Shown: positions 12,189 to 23,097, counted from the stretch's first letter. The stretch: 64,000 nucleotides of DNA from an uncultured Gemmatimonadales bacterium (GCA_963846435.1 CAWJVX010000007.1:728817-792816); one strand, 5' to 3'. Numbers and translations are program-made. Notes: generated by a model not told the origin, from the sequence alone.

Positions 12189-12275
12189 GGACAGGTGGCC
12201 GAGTGGCTGAAGGCGTCGGTCTCGAAAACCGGTATACCCGCAAGGGTATCGTGGGTTCGAATCCCACCCTGTCCG
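12189..12275 (+). tRNA. tRNA-Ser (anticodon CGA)
   Basis: Acceptor GGACAGG/CCTGTCC. Anticodon stem TCGGT/ACCGG with loop CTCGAAA. Long variable arm; T-loop GGTTCGAATCC. CCA is not encoded. Confidence 0.9.
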
Positions 12276-12336
12276 CTGTGTCATCATCACTTATGCCCAC
12301 CCACTTAAAGCTACTTGTTAGCTCGCTGGTCCCCGC

Positions 12337-12953
12337 GTGAGCTATCTCGACGACCATCTGCTGGCCGGAGAGCAGATCGTTTACCGTGCCCGGCTTCACT
12401 GGACGACCTTCCTCACCTCGATTGTCGTAATGCTGCTGGGGATCGGGCTGGCGATCCTTTTGCAGGTAGTAGAGCCGGCCTACACCTTGGCCGGCGCCGC
12501 ACTGGTGGGCGTGGGTCTCCTGCTCGCCATCGGGCCCGCCATCCGCTACCTCGAGCTCGGAGTTCGCGGTCACCGACAAGCGGGTGCTCGGCAAGGTCGG
12601 CTTCATCGAGCGGGAATCGGACGAGACCCTGCTCAGCAAGATCGAGGCGATCGCGGTGGATCAGGGGGTGATCGGCCGAATCCTGGGATTCGGTACGGTG
12701 ACCATCACCGGCACCGGCGGGACCCAGGAGCCCTTTCCCCGGATCTCCGATCCGCTTGAATTCCGGAGGCAGATCCAGAATCAGATCATTGCGCAGGAAG
12801 AGCGGAGAGGTGGTCCAACCGGCTCCGGCCGCCTCGACCGAGCCGCGCGACGCCCGGGTCGAGCGTGACTGCCCCTACTGCGCCGAGCGAATCCTGGCGC
12901 GGGCCCGGGTGTGCAAGCACTGCGGACGGGATGTGGCGCCGGCCACCGGGTGA
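12337..12953 (+). pseudogene. Membrane bPH_2 (YdbS/YdbT-like, DUF304) protein with C-terminal zinc ribbon, frame-disrupted near 12553-12556 and probably again near 12806
   Basis: Two TM helices, then IRYL(E) in frame 1. SSEFAVTDKRVLGKVGFIERESDETLLSKIEAIAVDQGVIGRILGFGTVTITGTGG lies in the +1 frame. ERDCPYCAERILARARVCKHCGRDV lies in the next +1 frame, ending TGA 12953. Confidence 0.7.
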
Positions 12954-13943
12954 CGGCCGATCGGCTGGCCGGGTCGATTCTGGGACAGGCGCTGGGCGAC
13001 GCGCTGGGATTCGTGGTCGAGGCCCAGGCCCCCGAGGTGGCCCGGGTTTACGTCGAGGGATGGCTCCAGGCCGGACGCGCCGGGGAGTGGCCCCACCCGC
13101 AATTCCCCTTCGGTCAATACAGCGACGATACCCAGCTGGCCAGAGAGCTGCTGCGGAGCTTCGAGGCAGCCAGGGGTTGGCAGCCGTCGGGCTTCGCCGC
13201 ACGCCTCGCCGAGCTGTTTCGTGAGGGCCGTGATGTCGGAGCCGGGCGGGGGACGCGCTCGGCGGCGGTCCGGCTGCTCATGGGCGTGCCCTGGGAGGAG
13301 TCCGGCACCCCGCCTCCCTACGCCGGCAATGGAGCCGCCATGCGAGCCGGTCAACTAGGCCTCCTCGTGCCCGAGCGTCAGGCGATGTGCCGGGCGGCGC
13401 GGGAACAGGCGAGGATTACCCACCTGGATCCGCGCTGTGCCGCGGGTGCCGCTGCTGTCGCACGTGCGGTTGCGCTCGCGGCTAGCCGGTTGCCGGTTGA
13501 CACTGCCGCATTTTTGGCCGACGTGGCCGAGTGCGCTGAAGCCGACGAGGTGTCGGTGGGGGATGCCATTCGGGGACTGGGCGAGTGGGTGGCACTGCGA
13601 GCCGGCCCTGGCCGCGCGACACGTCCACGAGTCTGGCCTGGACCCCGCGCATATTGAGCGCTGGCAGGGCATCTCGGCGTTCGTGACCCCCAGCGTGCTC
13701 TGGAGTCTCTACGCCTTTCTCCGCTCCCCCGACGACTACTGGGAAACGATCTGCACCGCCATTGGGGTCGGCGGCGATACCGATACCATGGCCGCGATCG
13801 CCGGGGCCATCAGCGGGGCACGGCTCGGGGTGGAGGCGCTACCCCAGGACCTGGTGGCTCGCCTCAACGACAACGGTCAGTGGAACGCCGTGGCGCTCGT
13901 GGAGCTTGCCCAGTCGTGCGCTGCGATTGTCGAGTCGCACTGA
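12950..13943 (+). pseudogene. ADP-ribosylglycohydrolase family protein, frame-disrupted near 13598
   Basis: GTG 12950 overlaps the preceding TGA as GTGA. N-terminus LAGSILGQALGDALGFVVE. C-part in the +1 frame (ORF 13437..13943) carries GVGGDTDTMAAIAGAISGA. The join is EWVAL|EPALAARHVHESG. Confidence 0.8.
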
Positions 13944-14099
13944 CTCTCCGTGGTCTATCGGTCGTTGTTTACCTCAGAGGCACGGGGGACATGGGGATGG
14001 GGTCGCGCATACAGACGGGGGCGTGCCGGGCGGCTCCGGGCGTATTATTCTTGCCAGAGCAGATCCAGCGATCCACTTCGGGCAGCAGGCGAGGCACCC

Positions 14100-15095
14100 A
14101 TGCCACATGGCAAGATCTATCAGAATGTCACCGACACCGTCGGGAACACGCCGCTTATCCGGCTCAACCGTCTGGCTGCCGGTCTCCCGGCCAGTCTCGC
14201 GGTGAAACACGAAGGCTACAACCCGTTCAACTCGGTCAAGGACCGGATCGGGGCCGCCATGATCAACGACGCGGTCGAGAAGGGCCGGCTGCGTCCAGGC
14301 ATGATCATCGTAGAGCCGACCAGCGGGAACACCGGCATAGGGCTGGCCTACGTCGCCGCGGCGCAGGGCTACCATTGCATCTTCACCATGCCGGATACCA
14401 TGACGCTTGAGCGCCGCAACCTGCTGCGCGCGCTCGGCGCCAAGGTGGTGCTCACCGAAGGCCCCAAGGGGATGAAGGGCGCCATGGCGCGCGCGGAGGA
14501 GATCCTGGCCCGACTCGGCGACCGGGCATGGATGCCGCGACAGTTCGACAACCCGGCCAATCCTGCCATTCATTACCGCACCACCGGGCCCGAGATATGG
14601 GCTGATACCGAGGGGAAGGTGGACATCTTCGTTTCGGGAGTCGGCACCGGTGGCACGATTACCGGCGCAGGGCGTTATCTGCGGGAACGGAAGCCTGGCA
14701 TCCGCATCGTGGCAGTCGAGCCGGCCGAGAGCCCGGTCCTGTCCGGTGGCCAGCCCTCTCCGCACAAGCAGCAGGGAATCGGCGCCGGTTTCGTCCCGTC
14801 CATTCTGGATACCAAGATCTACGACGAAGTCATCCGGGTGACCAACGACGACGCCATCGCCACCACGCGGCGGTTGGCCCGCGAAGAGGCGATCTTCGCC
14901 GGAATCTCGAGCGGCTCCATCACCTGGGCGGCGCTTCAGGTGGCCGGCAGGCAAGAAAACCAGGGCAAACTGATTGTTTCGGTCGTCTGCGACTTCGGGG
15001 AGCGCTACCTCTCGCACCCGGTCTACACCGAGCTGCCCGATCCCGACATCCCGGATCTCGAGGAAGCCCTGGCGGCGCCGACCGCAATGGCATAG
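14100..15095 (+). CDS. cysK: Cysteine synthase A (O-acetylserine sulfhydrylase)
   Basis: [23 protein letters not shown]...; PLP lysine motif SVKDR; TSGNTG; [10 protein letters not shown]. Confidence 0.92.
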   Translation: MPHGKIYQNVTDTVGNTPLIRLNRLAAGLPASLAVKHEGYNPFNSVKDRIGAAMINDAVEKGRLRPGMIIVEPTSGNTGIGLAYVAAAQGYHCIFTMPDTMTLERRNLLRALGAKVVLTEGPKGMKGAMARAEEILARLGDRAWMPRQFDNPANPAIHYRTTGPEIWADTEGKVDIFVSGVGTGGTITGAGRYLRERKPGIRIVAVEPAESPVLSGGQPSPHKQQGIGAGFVPSILDTKIYDEVIRVTNDDAIATTRRLAREEAIFAGISSGSITWAALQVAGRQENQGKLIVSVVCDFGERYLSHPVYTELPDPDIPDLEEALAAPTAMA

Positions 15096-15241
15096 GAAGC
15101 CTGTCCATCTCACCATCACTGCATCCTCTATGGCCGAGGCACGAGTACCTGTGAAGCACCCCTGAGCGCTCCCTGAATGGTGGCAGTACCCTGTCCGAGC
15201 GGATCGACAACATCTTCGGCGCCGACATCTTCTCTCGCAGC

Positions 15242-17308
15242 ATGATGCGGCAGCGGCTCCCCAAAGACGTATATCGGAGCCTGCTCCGAACCATCGACCA
15301 GGGTGAGCCGCTCGATCCCGCCGTGGCCGACGTGGTGGCGGCATCGATGAAGGACTGGGCCATCGAGAACGGGGCGAGTCACTACACCCACTGGTTCCAG
15401 CCGCTCACCGGCCTGACCGCGGAAAAGCACGATTCGCTGGCCGGCCCGGATGGCAGTGGTGGAGTGGTTTTCAACTTCTCCGGATCCGAGCTGGTCCAGG
15501 GCGAGCCGGACGCATCGAGCTTTCCCTCCGGCGGACTGCGGGCAACCTTCGAGGCCCGGGGCTACACCGCCTGGGACGCAACCAGTCCCGCTTTCCTCAT
15601 GCGGGGTGACAATAACGTCACCCTCTGCATTCCCACCGCCTTCGTCTCCTGGACCGGCGAGGCGCTTGATACCAAGATCCCGTTGCTGCGTTCCGTCGAA
15701 GCCCTCTCGAAGCAGGCCCTGCGGATTCTGAAAATCTTTGGAACCGACCAGGGAGTCTCCCGTATCGTCACCACCGTGGGCCCGGAGCAGGAGTACTTCC
15801 TGGTAGACCGCGAGCTCTTCTACCAGCGGCCCGATCTGCTCACCTGCGAGCGCACCCTGTTCGGTGCCAAGCCCCCCAAGGGACAGCAGCTGGAGGATCA
15901 TTACTTCGGCACCATCCCGCCCCGGGTGCTCGCGTTCATGGCGGAGGCCGAGCGGGAGTTGTACCGGCTGGGAGTTCCGGTGAAGACCCGGCACAACGAG
16001 GTCGCGCCGGGCCAGTACGAGATCGCGCCGCTCTTCGAGGCCAGCCACATCGCCAGTGACCACCAGATGCTGCTCATGGAGACGCTGAAGCGGGTGGCCC
16101 CGCGATACGGGCTCCAGGCCCTCCTGCACGAGAAGCCGTTCGCCGGGGTGAACGGATCGGGCAAGCACAACAATTGGTCGATGTCCACCGATACCGGGGT
16201 TAATCTGCTGGATCCCCAGGACGAGACCCACAGCAACATGCAGTTCCTGGTGTTTCTCGTGGCCACCATACGGGCGGTTGATATTCACGCCGACCTGCTT
16301 CGCGCCTCGATTGCCTCCGCGGCGAACGATCACCGGCTGGGCGCCAACGAGGCTCCTCCAGCCATCATCTCGATCTTTCTGGGCGAGATGCTGGTGGACA
16401 TCCTGGAGCAGATCGAGGCGGGGCTGCCCAAGCGAACCATCAAGGGCGGCGTCCTCGACCTTGGTGCCAAGACGTTGCCGATGCTGCCGAGACATTCGGG
16501 AGATCGCAACCGGACGTCGCCGTTCGCCTTCACTGGCAACAAGTTCGAATTCCGCGCGGTGGGCTCGAGCGCGAGCATCGCCTGGCCCAACACGGTGCTG
16601 AACACCATCGTGGCGGAGTCGGTGGACTATGTGGCGGGAGAGCTGGAAAGCGCCATCGGGGCCAAGCCGACAGAGGCCAAGCTTCAGACCGCGGTTGTCT
16701 CAGTGCTCAAGCAGCTGATCCACAAGCACAAGCGAGTGATCTTCGACGGGGACAACTACTCCGAGGAATGGCACGCAGAGGCGGACCGGCGGGGACTTCC
16801 CAACCTCAAGGATTCGGTCGAGGCGTTCGGCGTCCTGCGAGACAAGAAAAACGCCGAGCTCTTCAAGAAGTATGGCGTGCTGAGCAAGGCGGAGCTCGAC
16901 TCTCGGACCCACATCGCCATCGAGAAGTACATCAAGCAGCTCGCCATCGAGGCGGAGACCATGGTCTCGATCGCGCGAGGCCAGATCCTGCCTGCCGCAC
17001 TCCGGCATCAACAGCGGATGGCGGAGACGGTTACCTCCACCAAGGCCGCCGGCGTGGATTGCTCCGATACCACGGAGGCGCTCCGCAGCTTCGTGGGGCT
17101 CGTCACGAAGCTCCGAAATACCACGGCCACCGTGGAGCAGGCCGCGGCGCACCATAACGCGGATCCGATCAAGCACGCGGCCCAGATCAGCCGTGAGCTC
17201 AAGCCGGCCATGGCCGAGCTGCGGGTCACGGTGGACACACTGGAGACACTGGTGGCAGCCGACCTGTGGCCGCTGCCGACCTATCGGGATCTGCTGTTCT
17301 TGAAGTGA
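15242..17308 (+). CDS. glnN: Glutamine synthetase type III
   Basis: LPKDVYRSL...[19 protein letters not shown] and overall length fit GS III. The same frame is open back to 15155 and reads [17 protein letters not shown] before the first ATG, so the true N-terminus may lie upstream. Confidence 0.88.
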   Translation: MMRQRLPKDVYRSLLRTIDQGEPLDPAVADVVAASMKDWAIENGASHYTHWFQPLTGLTAEKHDSLAGPDGSGGVVFNFSGSELVQGEPDASSFPSGGLRATFEARGYTAWDATSPAFLMRGDNNVTLCIPTAFVSWTGEALDTKIPLLRSVEALSKQALRILKIFGTDQGVSRIVTTVGPEQEYFLVDRELFYQRPDLLTCERTLFGAKPPKGQQLEDHYFGTIPPRVLAFMAEAERELYRLGVPVKTRHNEVAPGQYEIAPLFEASHIASDHQMLLMETLKRVAPRYGLQALLHEKPFAGVNGSGKHNNWSMSTDTGVNLLDPQDETHSNMQFLVFLVATIRAVDIHADLLRASIASAANDHRLGANEAPPAIISIFLGEMLVDILEQIEAGLPKRTIKGGVLDLGAKTLPMLPRHSGDRNRTSPFAFTGNKFEFRAVGSSASIAWPNTVLNTIVAESVDYVAGELESAIGAKPTEAKLQTAVVSVLKQLIHKHKRVIFDGDNYSEEWHAEADRRGLPNLKDSVEAFGVLRDKKNAELFKKYGVLSKAELDSRTHIAIEKYIKQLAIEAETMVSIARGQILPAALRHQQRMAETVTSTKAAGVDCSDTTEALRSFVGLVTKLRNTTATVEQAAAHHNADPIKHAAQISRELKPAMAELRVTVDTLETLVAADLWPLPTYRDLLFLK

Positions 17309-17327
17309 GTAGCTGCCAATAGCCGTT

Positions 17328-17816
17328 CTAGATCGGCCAGCCGTTAGGTCTCTGTTTCGTGAGAAGGAACAGCTCGGAGGGTAGTGTAGGCGGGGTGAGG
17401 GTGCCGGCCATCGCCTGGAATTTCTCGCATTCCGCCTGCGACGCGTTCGGATCGAAACACACTGCCAGGGCCTCGACCAGGGGCGGGCGGTCCGGCCGTT
17501 CGAGCGCATCCAGCCATGGGTGACATTGGGTCACCTGCCTGCACGCCAGCCGGACCCGGACAGCGCCATCCAGCCAGCAGGGCCCTTCGGCCAGTCCCGC
17601 CAACAGTGGCTGGCTCAGGAGCAGGCTCTCCCCGCTGGGAGTGATTGCCCCAAACCGCAATTTGCCTCTCTCGTTACGCTGGTGCAGCACCACACCCCAG
17701 GCGAAGGCCGGCCGCTGCTGGCGATACCAATCCAGCACTCTGACCAGCTGCTCGCGTAACGCTTCGACGACAAGCGGAGATGGCATGGTTTCGACGACGG
17801 AAAAAGGGTACAGCAT
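17328..17816 (-). CDS. Hypothetical protein (no family recognised)
   Basis: 162-aa ORF, the only plausible coding frame in this gap. One of only four minus-strand genes in the window. Alternative start at M11. Confidence 0.45.
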   Translation of the reverse strand: MLYPFSVVETMPSPLVVEALREQLVRVLDWYRQQRPAFAWGVVLHQRNERGKLRFGAITPSGESLLLSQPLLAGLAEGPCWLDGAVRVRLACRQVTQCHPWLDALERPDRPPLVEALAVCFDPNASQAECEKFQAMAGTLTPPTLPSELFLLTKQRPNGWPI

Positions 17817-17930
17817 CTGCCCTGCCGGGAGGGCACGGACCCTTATTAGTTATGCAGAATATGGGCCACGCCGGGTCACCGGCTCCCCTGGCGCCGGTCC
17901 GGGGGAGTCGGCACATTCTGCGATTCATCC

Positions 17931-19286
17931 ATGACCAATACCTACCCCTCCTCCCACGTCTTCTACCGAAAGCTGACCCGGGAGTACCCGCGCATCGTCC
18001 GGGGGGATGGCTGCTATCTGTACGACGACCAGGGACGTCGGTACCTGGACGGGGCCGGGGGTGCCTACGTCGTGAACGTCGGTCACGGGGTGAGCGAGAT
18101 CGCGGAGGCGCTCGCATGTCAGGCAGCAAGAGTGGCTTACGTGAGCGGGACCAGCTTCACTACCGACCCGGTGGAGGAGCTCTGCCGCCGAGATCGCGCG
18201 GCTCTCGCCGGGTGAGCTCGACACGGTCTATCCGTTGGGGAGCGGCTCGGAGGCGGTCGAAGCCGCGCTCAAGCTTGCCCGTCAGTACTGGGTGGAGTCC
18301 GGACGCCCGGAGAAACACAAGGTCCTCGCGTTGGCGCCGTCCTATCACGGCAACACACTCCTGGCGCTCTCGGCCTCGTCGCGGGAACAGTACCAGACCT
18401 ACTACCGAGAGTGGCTGGTTCAGGTAATCCGGGCACCGGCCTCGTACTCCTTCCGCTGCGCATGCGGAGGGGTCCCACCGCTCTGCCCGGCGTGCAATGG
18501 CCAGGCCATCGAGGCCGCAATTCTGAGAGCCGGGCCGGATACCGTGGCAGCCTTTATCGCTGAGCCGGTTGGCGGCTCATCGACGGGCGCCTCGGTGCCG
18601 GCTGCAGGATTACTGGCCCCGGGTCCGTGAGATCTGTAATCGGTACCAGGTCCTGCTGGTGGCCGACGAGATCCTCACCGGTGCCGGCAGGACCGGGACC
18701 TGGTCGGCACTTGAGCCCTATGGCGTCGTGCCTGACATCATGGTACTCGGCAAGGGGATCGCCGGTGGCTACGCACCCCTCTCCGCCGTCGTGGCGCCGC
18801 GCCGTCTGGTCGATGTGTTGGCCCGTGGCTCGGGGGGGTTGCTCCATGCCCAGACCTTCTCCCATCACGCCACGCTGTGTGCGGCGGGAGTCGCCACCAT
18901 ACGGTACCTGACGCGATACGGACTCATCGAACGCTGCGGCGGCCATGGGAGCGGTGCTGCACCAGCGGCTTCAGGCGCTGCGCTCGTCCCCCTGGGTCGG
19001 CGACGTGCGGGGAAGAGGACTGTTGGCCGGCATTGAGTTCGTGGAGGACCAGTCCACCCGGCGTCCGTTTCCCCGGTCGGCACGCTTCGCCGAAACGTTC
19101 GCGGCTACCGCACTGGAGCTGGGGCTCGTCGTCTGGCCCAACGCGGGACAGCTCGCCGACGGAACCGGTGACCTGGCCATGCTGGCGCCGCCCTTCGTCA
19201 TCGATGAACAACAAATCGGTGAGATGGTGACGATCCTCGGCCGCGCGGTGGAACAGACCGCTAGCCGGGTGGTAACCACAGGATGA
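17931..19286 (+). pseudogene. Class III (omega-type) PLP aminotransferase, broken into four pieces by three +1 shifts (about 18183, 18610, 18935)
   Basis: Four ORFs, 17931.., 18235.., 18569.. and 18945..19286, lie in frames 0,1,2,0. The joins read PVEEL|AAEIARLSPGELDTVYPLGSGSEAVEAALKLA, GASVPAAG|YWPRVREICNRYQVLLVADEILTGAGRTG and GLIER|AAAMGAVLHQRLQ...GDVRGRGLL. PLP lysine context VLGKGIAGGY. Confidence 0.85.
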
Positions 19287-20851
19287 GCGCCCCCGCCAAG
19301 ATCACCTACACGTCGGCAAGCGGCGATCTCGAGGAGTTTCACCACCGCTTCGACGCCGCCATCACCGGTGTCAAACAGCAGGCCGGACGGGGATATCCGT
19401 TCTACATCGACGGCGAGCCGGTGCAAACCCGGGCCGAACCTCTGGTGGACCGGTCGCCGGTGGATCGCGGCCTTGTGCTCGGCAGGTTTGCGGCCGCGGC
19501 AGCAACCCACGTCGATGCTGCCGTGGCCGCGGCCCGGAGAGCGCAGCGGGAGTGGGCTCGGCGCCCCTGGACGGAGCGGGTCTCCTTGCTCCGCCGCGCC
19601 GCCGCGCTGATTCGGGAGCGCAAGTACGACCTGGCCGCCCTGATGAGCCTGGAAGTGGGGAAGAGCCGGCTCGAGTCCATGGGCGACGCCGAGGAATCGG
19701 CCGATCTGATCGACTACTACTGCCAGCAAGTCGAGGACGCCGACGGCTTCGTCCGTCCGATGGCTCGAATTACGGCCGTGGAGCGCAACACGGACGTGCT
19801 CCGTCCGTACGGCGTCTTTGCCTGCATCGCGCCGTTCAACTTCCCTCTCGCCCTGTCGGCGGGAATGTCGTCGGCGGCGCTTGCCGCGGGGAACTCCGTG
19901 GTCTACAAACCGGCGGAGGACACTCCGTGGACCGGGCTCAAGCTCTATGAGATTTATCGCGACGCCGGCGTGCCACCCGGAGTGTTCAACCTCTTGTTCG
20001 GACGGCGCGAAGAGATCGGGGATCCTCTCTGGCAGCATCCCGACATCGATGGAGTCGTATTTACCGGCTCGAAGCAGGTGGGGATGCGGATCCACTCGGG
20101 GCTGAGCGGGCGGTGGATCAAGCCGTGTCTCCTCGAGCTGGGCGGTAAGAACGCCGCCATCGTACTCCGGGGTGCCGATCTCGATGCCGCCGCCGAAGGG
20201 GTGATGCGCTCGGCTTTCAGTCTGCAGAATCAGAAATGCAGCGCCACCTCACGGGTCTACGTGCAGAGTGAAATCCTGGCGCCCTTCGTGGAGCGGCTAT
20301 CCGAGAAGACCAGGGCGATCCGGATGGGAGATCCTTCGGAGCGAGACGTCTTCTTCGGCCCGGTGATCAATGAACGGTCGGTGGAGCGCTTCGACCGGGC
20401 CGTGGCCCAGGCCCGGCGAGAAGGAACGCTGTTGCTCGGGGGAGGGCGCTTGACCGGCGGTATCTTCGACCGGGGGCACTTTGTCGCGCCGACCATTGCC
20501 AAGCTGCCGCTCGACTCCTCGCTCTTTCAGGAGGAGCTGTTCGTGCCCTTCCTGGCGGTTGGAGAGGTGGCGGACCTCGATCAGGCCATCGCCGAGACCA
20601 ACCGGGTGGAGTATGGCCTCACCGCGGGGATCTTCTCCGGCGACCCGTCCGATATCGCACGCTTTTTCGACGAGGTCGAGGCGGGCGTGTGCTACGCCAA
20701 CAAGCGGACGGGCGCGACCACCGGCGCGTGGCCTGGGGCTCAGGCGTTCTGCGGCTGGAAGGGGTCCGGCTCGAGCGGCAAGGGTGGCTGTGGTCCTTAC
20801 TATGTCGCCCAGTTCATGCGGGAACAGAGCCGAACCGTAATCGAAGGCTGA
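19283..20851 (+). CDS. Aldehyde dehydrogenase, L-glutamate gamma-semialdehyde (P5C) dehydrogenase-like
   Basis: 522 aa. ELGGKN and catalytic Cys context QKCSATSR. N-terminal region resembles the RocA/PruA type. The ATG overlaps the upstream stop as ATGA. Confidence 0.85.
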   Translation: MSAPAKITYTSASGDLEEFHHRFDAAITGVKQQAGRGYPFYIDGEPVQTRAEPLVDRSPVDRGLVLGRFAAAAATHVDAAVAAARRAQREWARRPWTERVSLLRRAAALIRERKYDLAALMSLEVGKSRLESMGDAEESADLIDYYCQQVEDADGFVRPMARITAVERNTDVLRPYGVFACIAPFNFPLALSAGMSSAALAAGNSVVYKPAEDTPWTGLKLYEIYRDAGVPPGVFNLLFGRREEIGDPLWQHPDIDGVVFTGSKQVGMRIHSGLSGRWIKPCLLELGGKNAAIVLRGADLDAAAEGVMRSAFSLQNQKCSATSRVYVQSEILAPFVERLSEKTRAIRMGDPSERDVFFGPVINERSVERFDRAVAQARREGTLLLGGGRLTGGIFDRGHFVAPTIAKLPLDSSLFQEELFVPFLAVGEVADLDQAIAETNRVEYGLTAGIFSGDPSDIARFFDEVEAGVCYANKRTGATTGAWPGAQAFCGWKGSGSSGKGGCGPYYVAQFMREQSRTVIEG

Positions 20852-20862
20852 CAAGGGATCTT

Positions 20863-22191
20863 ATGGCACGCGACTACCCCAAAATCGTCGTACCGCCACC
20901 GGGACCGAAGGCTCGCGCCATTGTGGAGCGCGATGCCGAGTGGACCTCCACCTGTTACATCAAGGAGTACCCCCTGGTCGTCTCCCGAGGTCAGGGCGTC
21001 ATGGTGGAGGACGTAGATGGCAACCGATACCTCGACTTCATGGCCGGTATCGCGGTCTCGTCCACCGGGTACGGACATCCGAAGGTCGTGGCGGCCGTAA
21101 AAGACGCGGCCGACCGCTTCCTTCACATCTGCGGGTCCGACTTCTACTACGAAGGGATGGCGTCGCTGTGCGAGCGGCTGGCCAAGGTGGCGCCTGGCCG
21201 CGAAAAGAAGCGTGTCTTTCTCACCAACTCCGGCACGGAGGCGGTCGAAGCGGCAATCAAGCTCGCCCGCCACGCCACTCGCCGCACGGCCATCATCGCC
21301 TTTCGGGGTGCGTTTCACGGCCGGACCACCGGTGCCGTAACCCTGACCTCGAGCAAGGCTCGTCAGCACGCGGGGTTCGGCCCGCTGCTGCCGGATGTAC
21401 ACCACGTTCCATTCGCCTACCGGTACCGGTGTCAGTTCTGTGCTGACGAGCCCGCGTGCACCCGGGGATGCATCGACGTGATCGAGCAGGAGCTCTTCAC
21501 CCGCCATCTCGATCCGAAGGATGTCGCCGCCATCTTCGTCGAGCCCATTCAGGGCGAGGGCGGTTACATCGTTCCGCCCGCCGGATATCTGCCGGCGCTG
21601 CGGGAGCTGTGCGACCGCCACGGGATTCTGCTGGTGGCGGATGAGGTCCAATCCGGCGTCGGTCGCACCGGGAAGATGTGGGCCTGCGAGCACGAGGGGG
21701 TGGTGCCGGATATCCTGCTCACCGCCAAGGGTCTCGGCTCGGGGATGCCGATCGGCGCCATGATATCGAGGGAGTCGATCACCACCTGGGAGACCGGATC
21801 ACACGGCTCGACGTTCGGCGGCAATCCGGTCTGCTGCGCGGCTGCGCTCGCCACTCTTGACCTGGTGGAAGGTGGCCTGATGGCCAACGCGGCGCGGGTC
21901 GGGGAGCAGCTTCTCGCCCGCGCCGTGGCCCTCAAGGAGAGGCACCCCTGCATCGGCGATGTGCGCGGCCGGGGACTCATGGTCGGTGTCGAGTTCGTGA
22001 AGGATCGGGCCACCCGGGAGCCAGCCGGCCAGCTGGTCCACGACCTGGTCCAACGGGCTTTTCGCCAGGGGTTGTTACTGCTGGGAGCAGGGAAGAGCAC
22101 CCTCCGGCTGGCGCCGCCGCTGGTGGTGGATCAGAACGATGTGGACACAGCCATGGACATGATCGACGCCTGCCTGGCCGAGCTCGATTGA
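20863..22191 (+). CDS. Class III PLP aminotransferase (4-aminobutyrate / acetylornithine aminotransferase-like)
   Basis: MARDYPKIVVPPPGPKA...; DEVQSGVGRTGK; PLP lysine context LTAKGLGSGMP; GDVRGRGLMVGVEF. Confidence 0.88.
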   Translation: MARDYPKIVVPPPGPKARAIVERDAEWTSTCYIKEYPLVVSRGQGVMVEDVDGNRYLDFMAGIAVSSTGYGHPKVVAAVKDAADRFLHICGSDFYYEGMASLCERLAKVAPGREKKRVFLTNSGTEAVEAAIKLARHATRRTAIIAFRGAFHGRTTGAVTLTSSKARQHAGFGPLLPDVHHVPFAYRYRCQFCADEPACTRGCIDVIEQELFTRHLDPKDVAAIFVEPIQGEGGYIVPPAGYLPALRELCDRHGILLVADEVQSGVGRTGKMWACEHEGVVPDILLTAKGLGSGMPIGAMISRESITTWETGSHGSTFGGNPVCCAAALATLDLVEGGLMANAARVGEQLLARAVALKERHPCIGDVRGRGLMVGVEFVKDRATREPAGQLVHDLVQRAFRQGLLLLGAGKSTLRLAPPLVVDQNDVDTAMDMIDACLAELD

Positions 22192-23096
22192 GCGGTCGCT
22201 CGAAGGTGGTCACCATGCGTGAGGCAATCGGCACGCATGTTCACGACGGCGACACCGTCGTGATCGAGGGCTTCACCCATCTCATTTGTTTTGCTGCCGG
22301 CCACGAGATCATTCGCCAGGGCCGCCGGGACCTGACCCTGTGCCGGCTCACACCCGACCTCATCTACGATCAGATGATCGCCGCCGGCTGTGCCAGAAAG
22401 CTGGTGTTCTCCTGGGCGGGGAACCCGGGGGCCGGCTCCCTGCATGCCTTCCGCCGAGCGGTCGAAGGGAAGGGCCCCCCGCTTGAGCTGGAGGAGTACT
22501 CCCACTTCGGAATGGTTGCCCGGCTCAGCGCCGGTGCGTCCCGGCTGCCGTTCTGGACCATGCGCAACTACATGGGCACCGATCTCCCGGCGGTGAATCC
22601 GGCGATTCGCACGGTGACCTGTCCCTATACCGGCGAGGCGCTTGCCACCGTGCCGGCACTCAATCCCGATGTGACGATCATCCATGCCCAGCGTGCCGAC
22701 CAGGAGGGCAACGCTCAGATCTGGGGCCTGCTCGGCGTGCAGAAGGAGGCCGCGTTCGCCTCGGGCCGGGTCATCGTAGTGGTGGAGGAGCTGGTCGAGG
22801 AATCGGTAATTCGTGCCGATCCCAATCGCACGGTCATCCCCGGACTGATCGTCAACGCCGTGGTGGTTGAGCCCTGGGGTGCGCACCCCTCCTACGCGCA
22901 GGGCTACTACGACCGCGATAACGATTTCTACATCGCGTGGGAAGCGATCTCCCGCGATCCCGCGTCTTTACGCCGCTACCTCGATGAGTTCGTCCATGGC
23001 GTCCAAGACCGTGGAGAATACGTCGAGCGATCCGGCGGCCTCGACCGACTGAAGGCGGGGCAGCGGATGTGTGCCGGCGTGAACTATGGGTTCTAG
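22188..23096 (+). CDS. CoA-transferase subunit A (glutaconate/3-oxoacid CoA-transferase family)
   Basis: ...VVTMREAIGTHVHDGDTVVIEGF...; length and pairing with a B subunit. TTG 22188 overlaps the upstream stop; an alternative ATG is at 22215. Confidence 0.8.
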   Translation: MSGRSKVVTMREAIGTHVHDGDTVVIEGFTHLICFAAGHEIIRQGRRDLTLCRLTPDLIYDQMIAAGCARKLVFSWAGNPGAGSLHAFRRAVEGKGPPLELEEYSHFGMVARLSAGASRLPFWTMRNYMGTDLPAVNPAIRTVTCPYTGEALATVPALNPDVTIIHAQRADQEGNAQIWGLLGVQKEAAFASGRVIVVVEELVEESVIRADPNRTVIPGLIVNAVVVEPWGAHPSYAQGYYDRDNDFYIAWEAISRDPASLRRYLDEFVHGVQDRGEYVERSGGLDRLKAGQRMCAGVNYGF

Positions 23097-23097
23097 G

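Noticed and set aside
12189-12275. Genomic island or integrated element next to the two tRNA-Ser genes (also 29109-29195).
   Set aside because: There is no integrase, no direct repeat of the tRNA 3' end, and no compositional break beyond short intergenic spacers. The flanking genes are ordinary chromosomal genes.
13944-14099. Riboswitch or leader in the 155-nt region upstream of cysK.
   Set aside because: I could not recognise any known riboswitch core (SAM, T-box or other) or a convincing terminator/antiterminator pair by eye. A covariance-model scan (Rfam/Infernal) would be needed.
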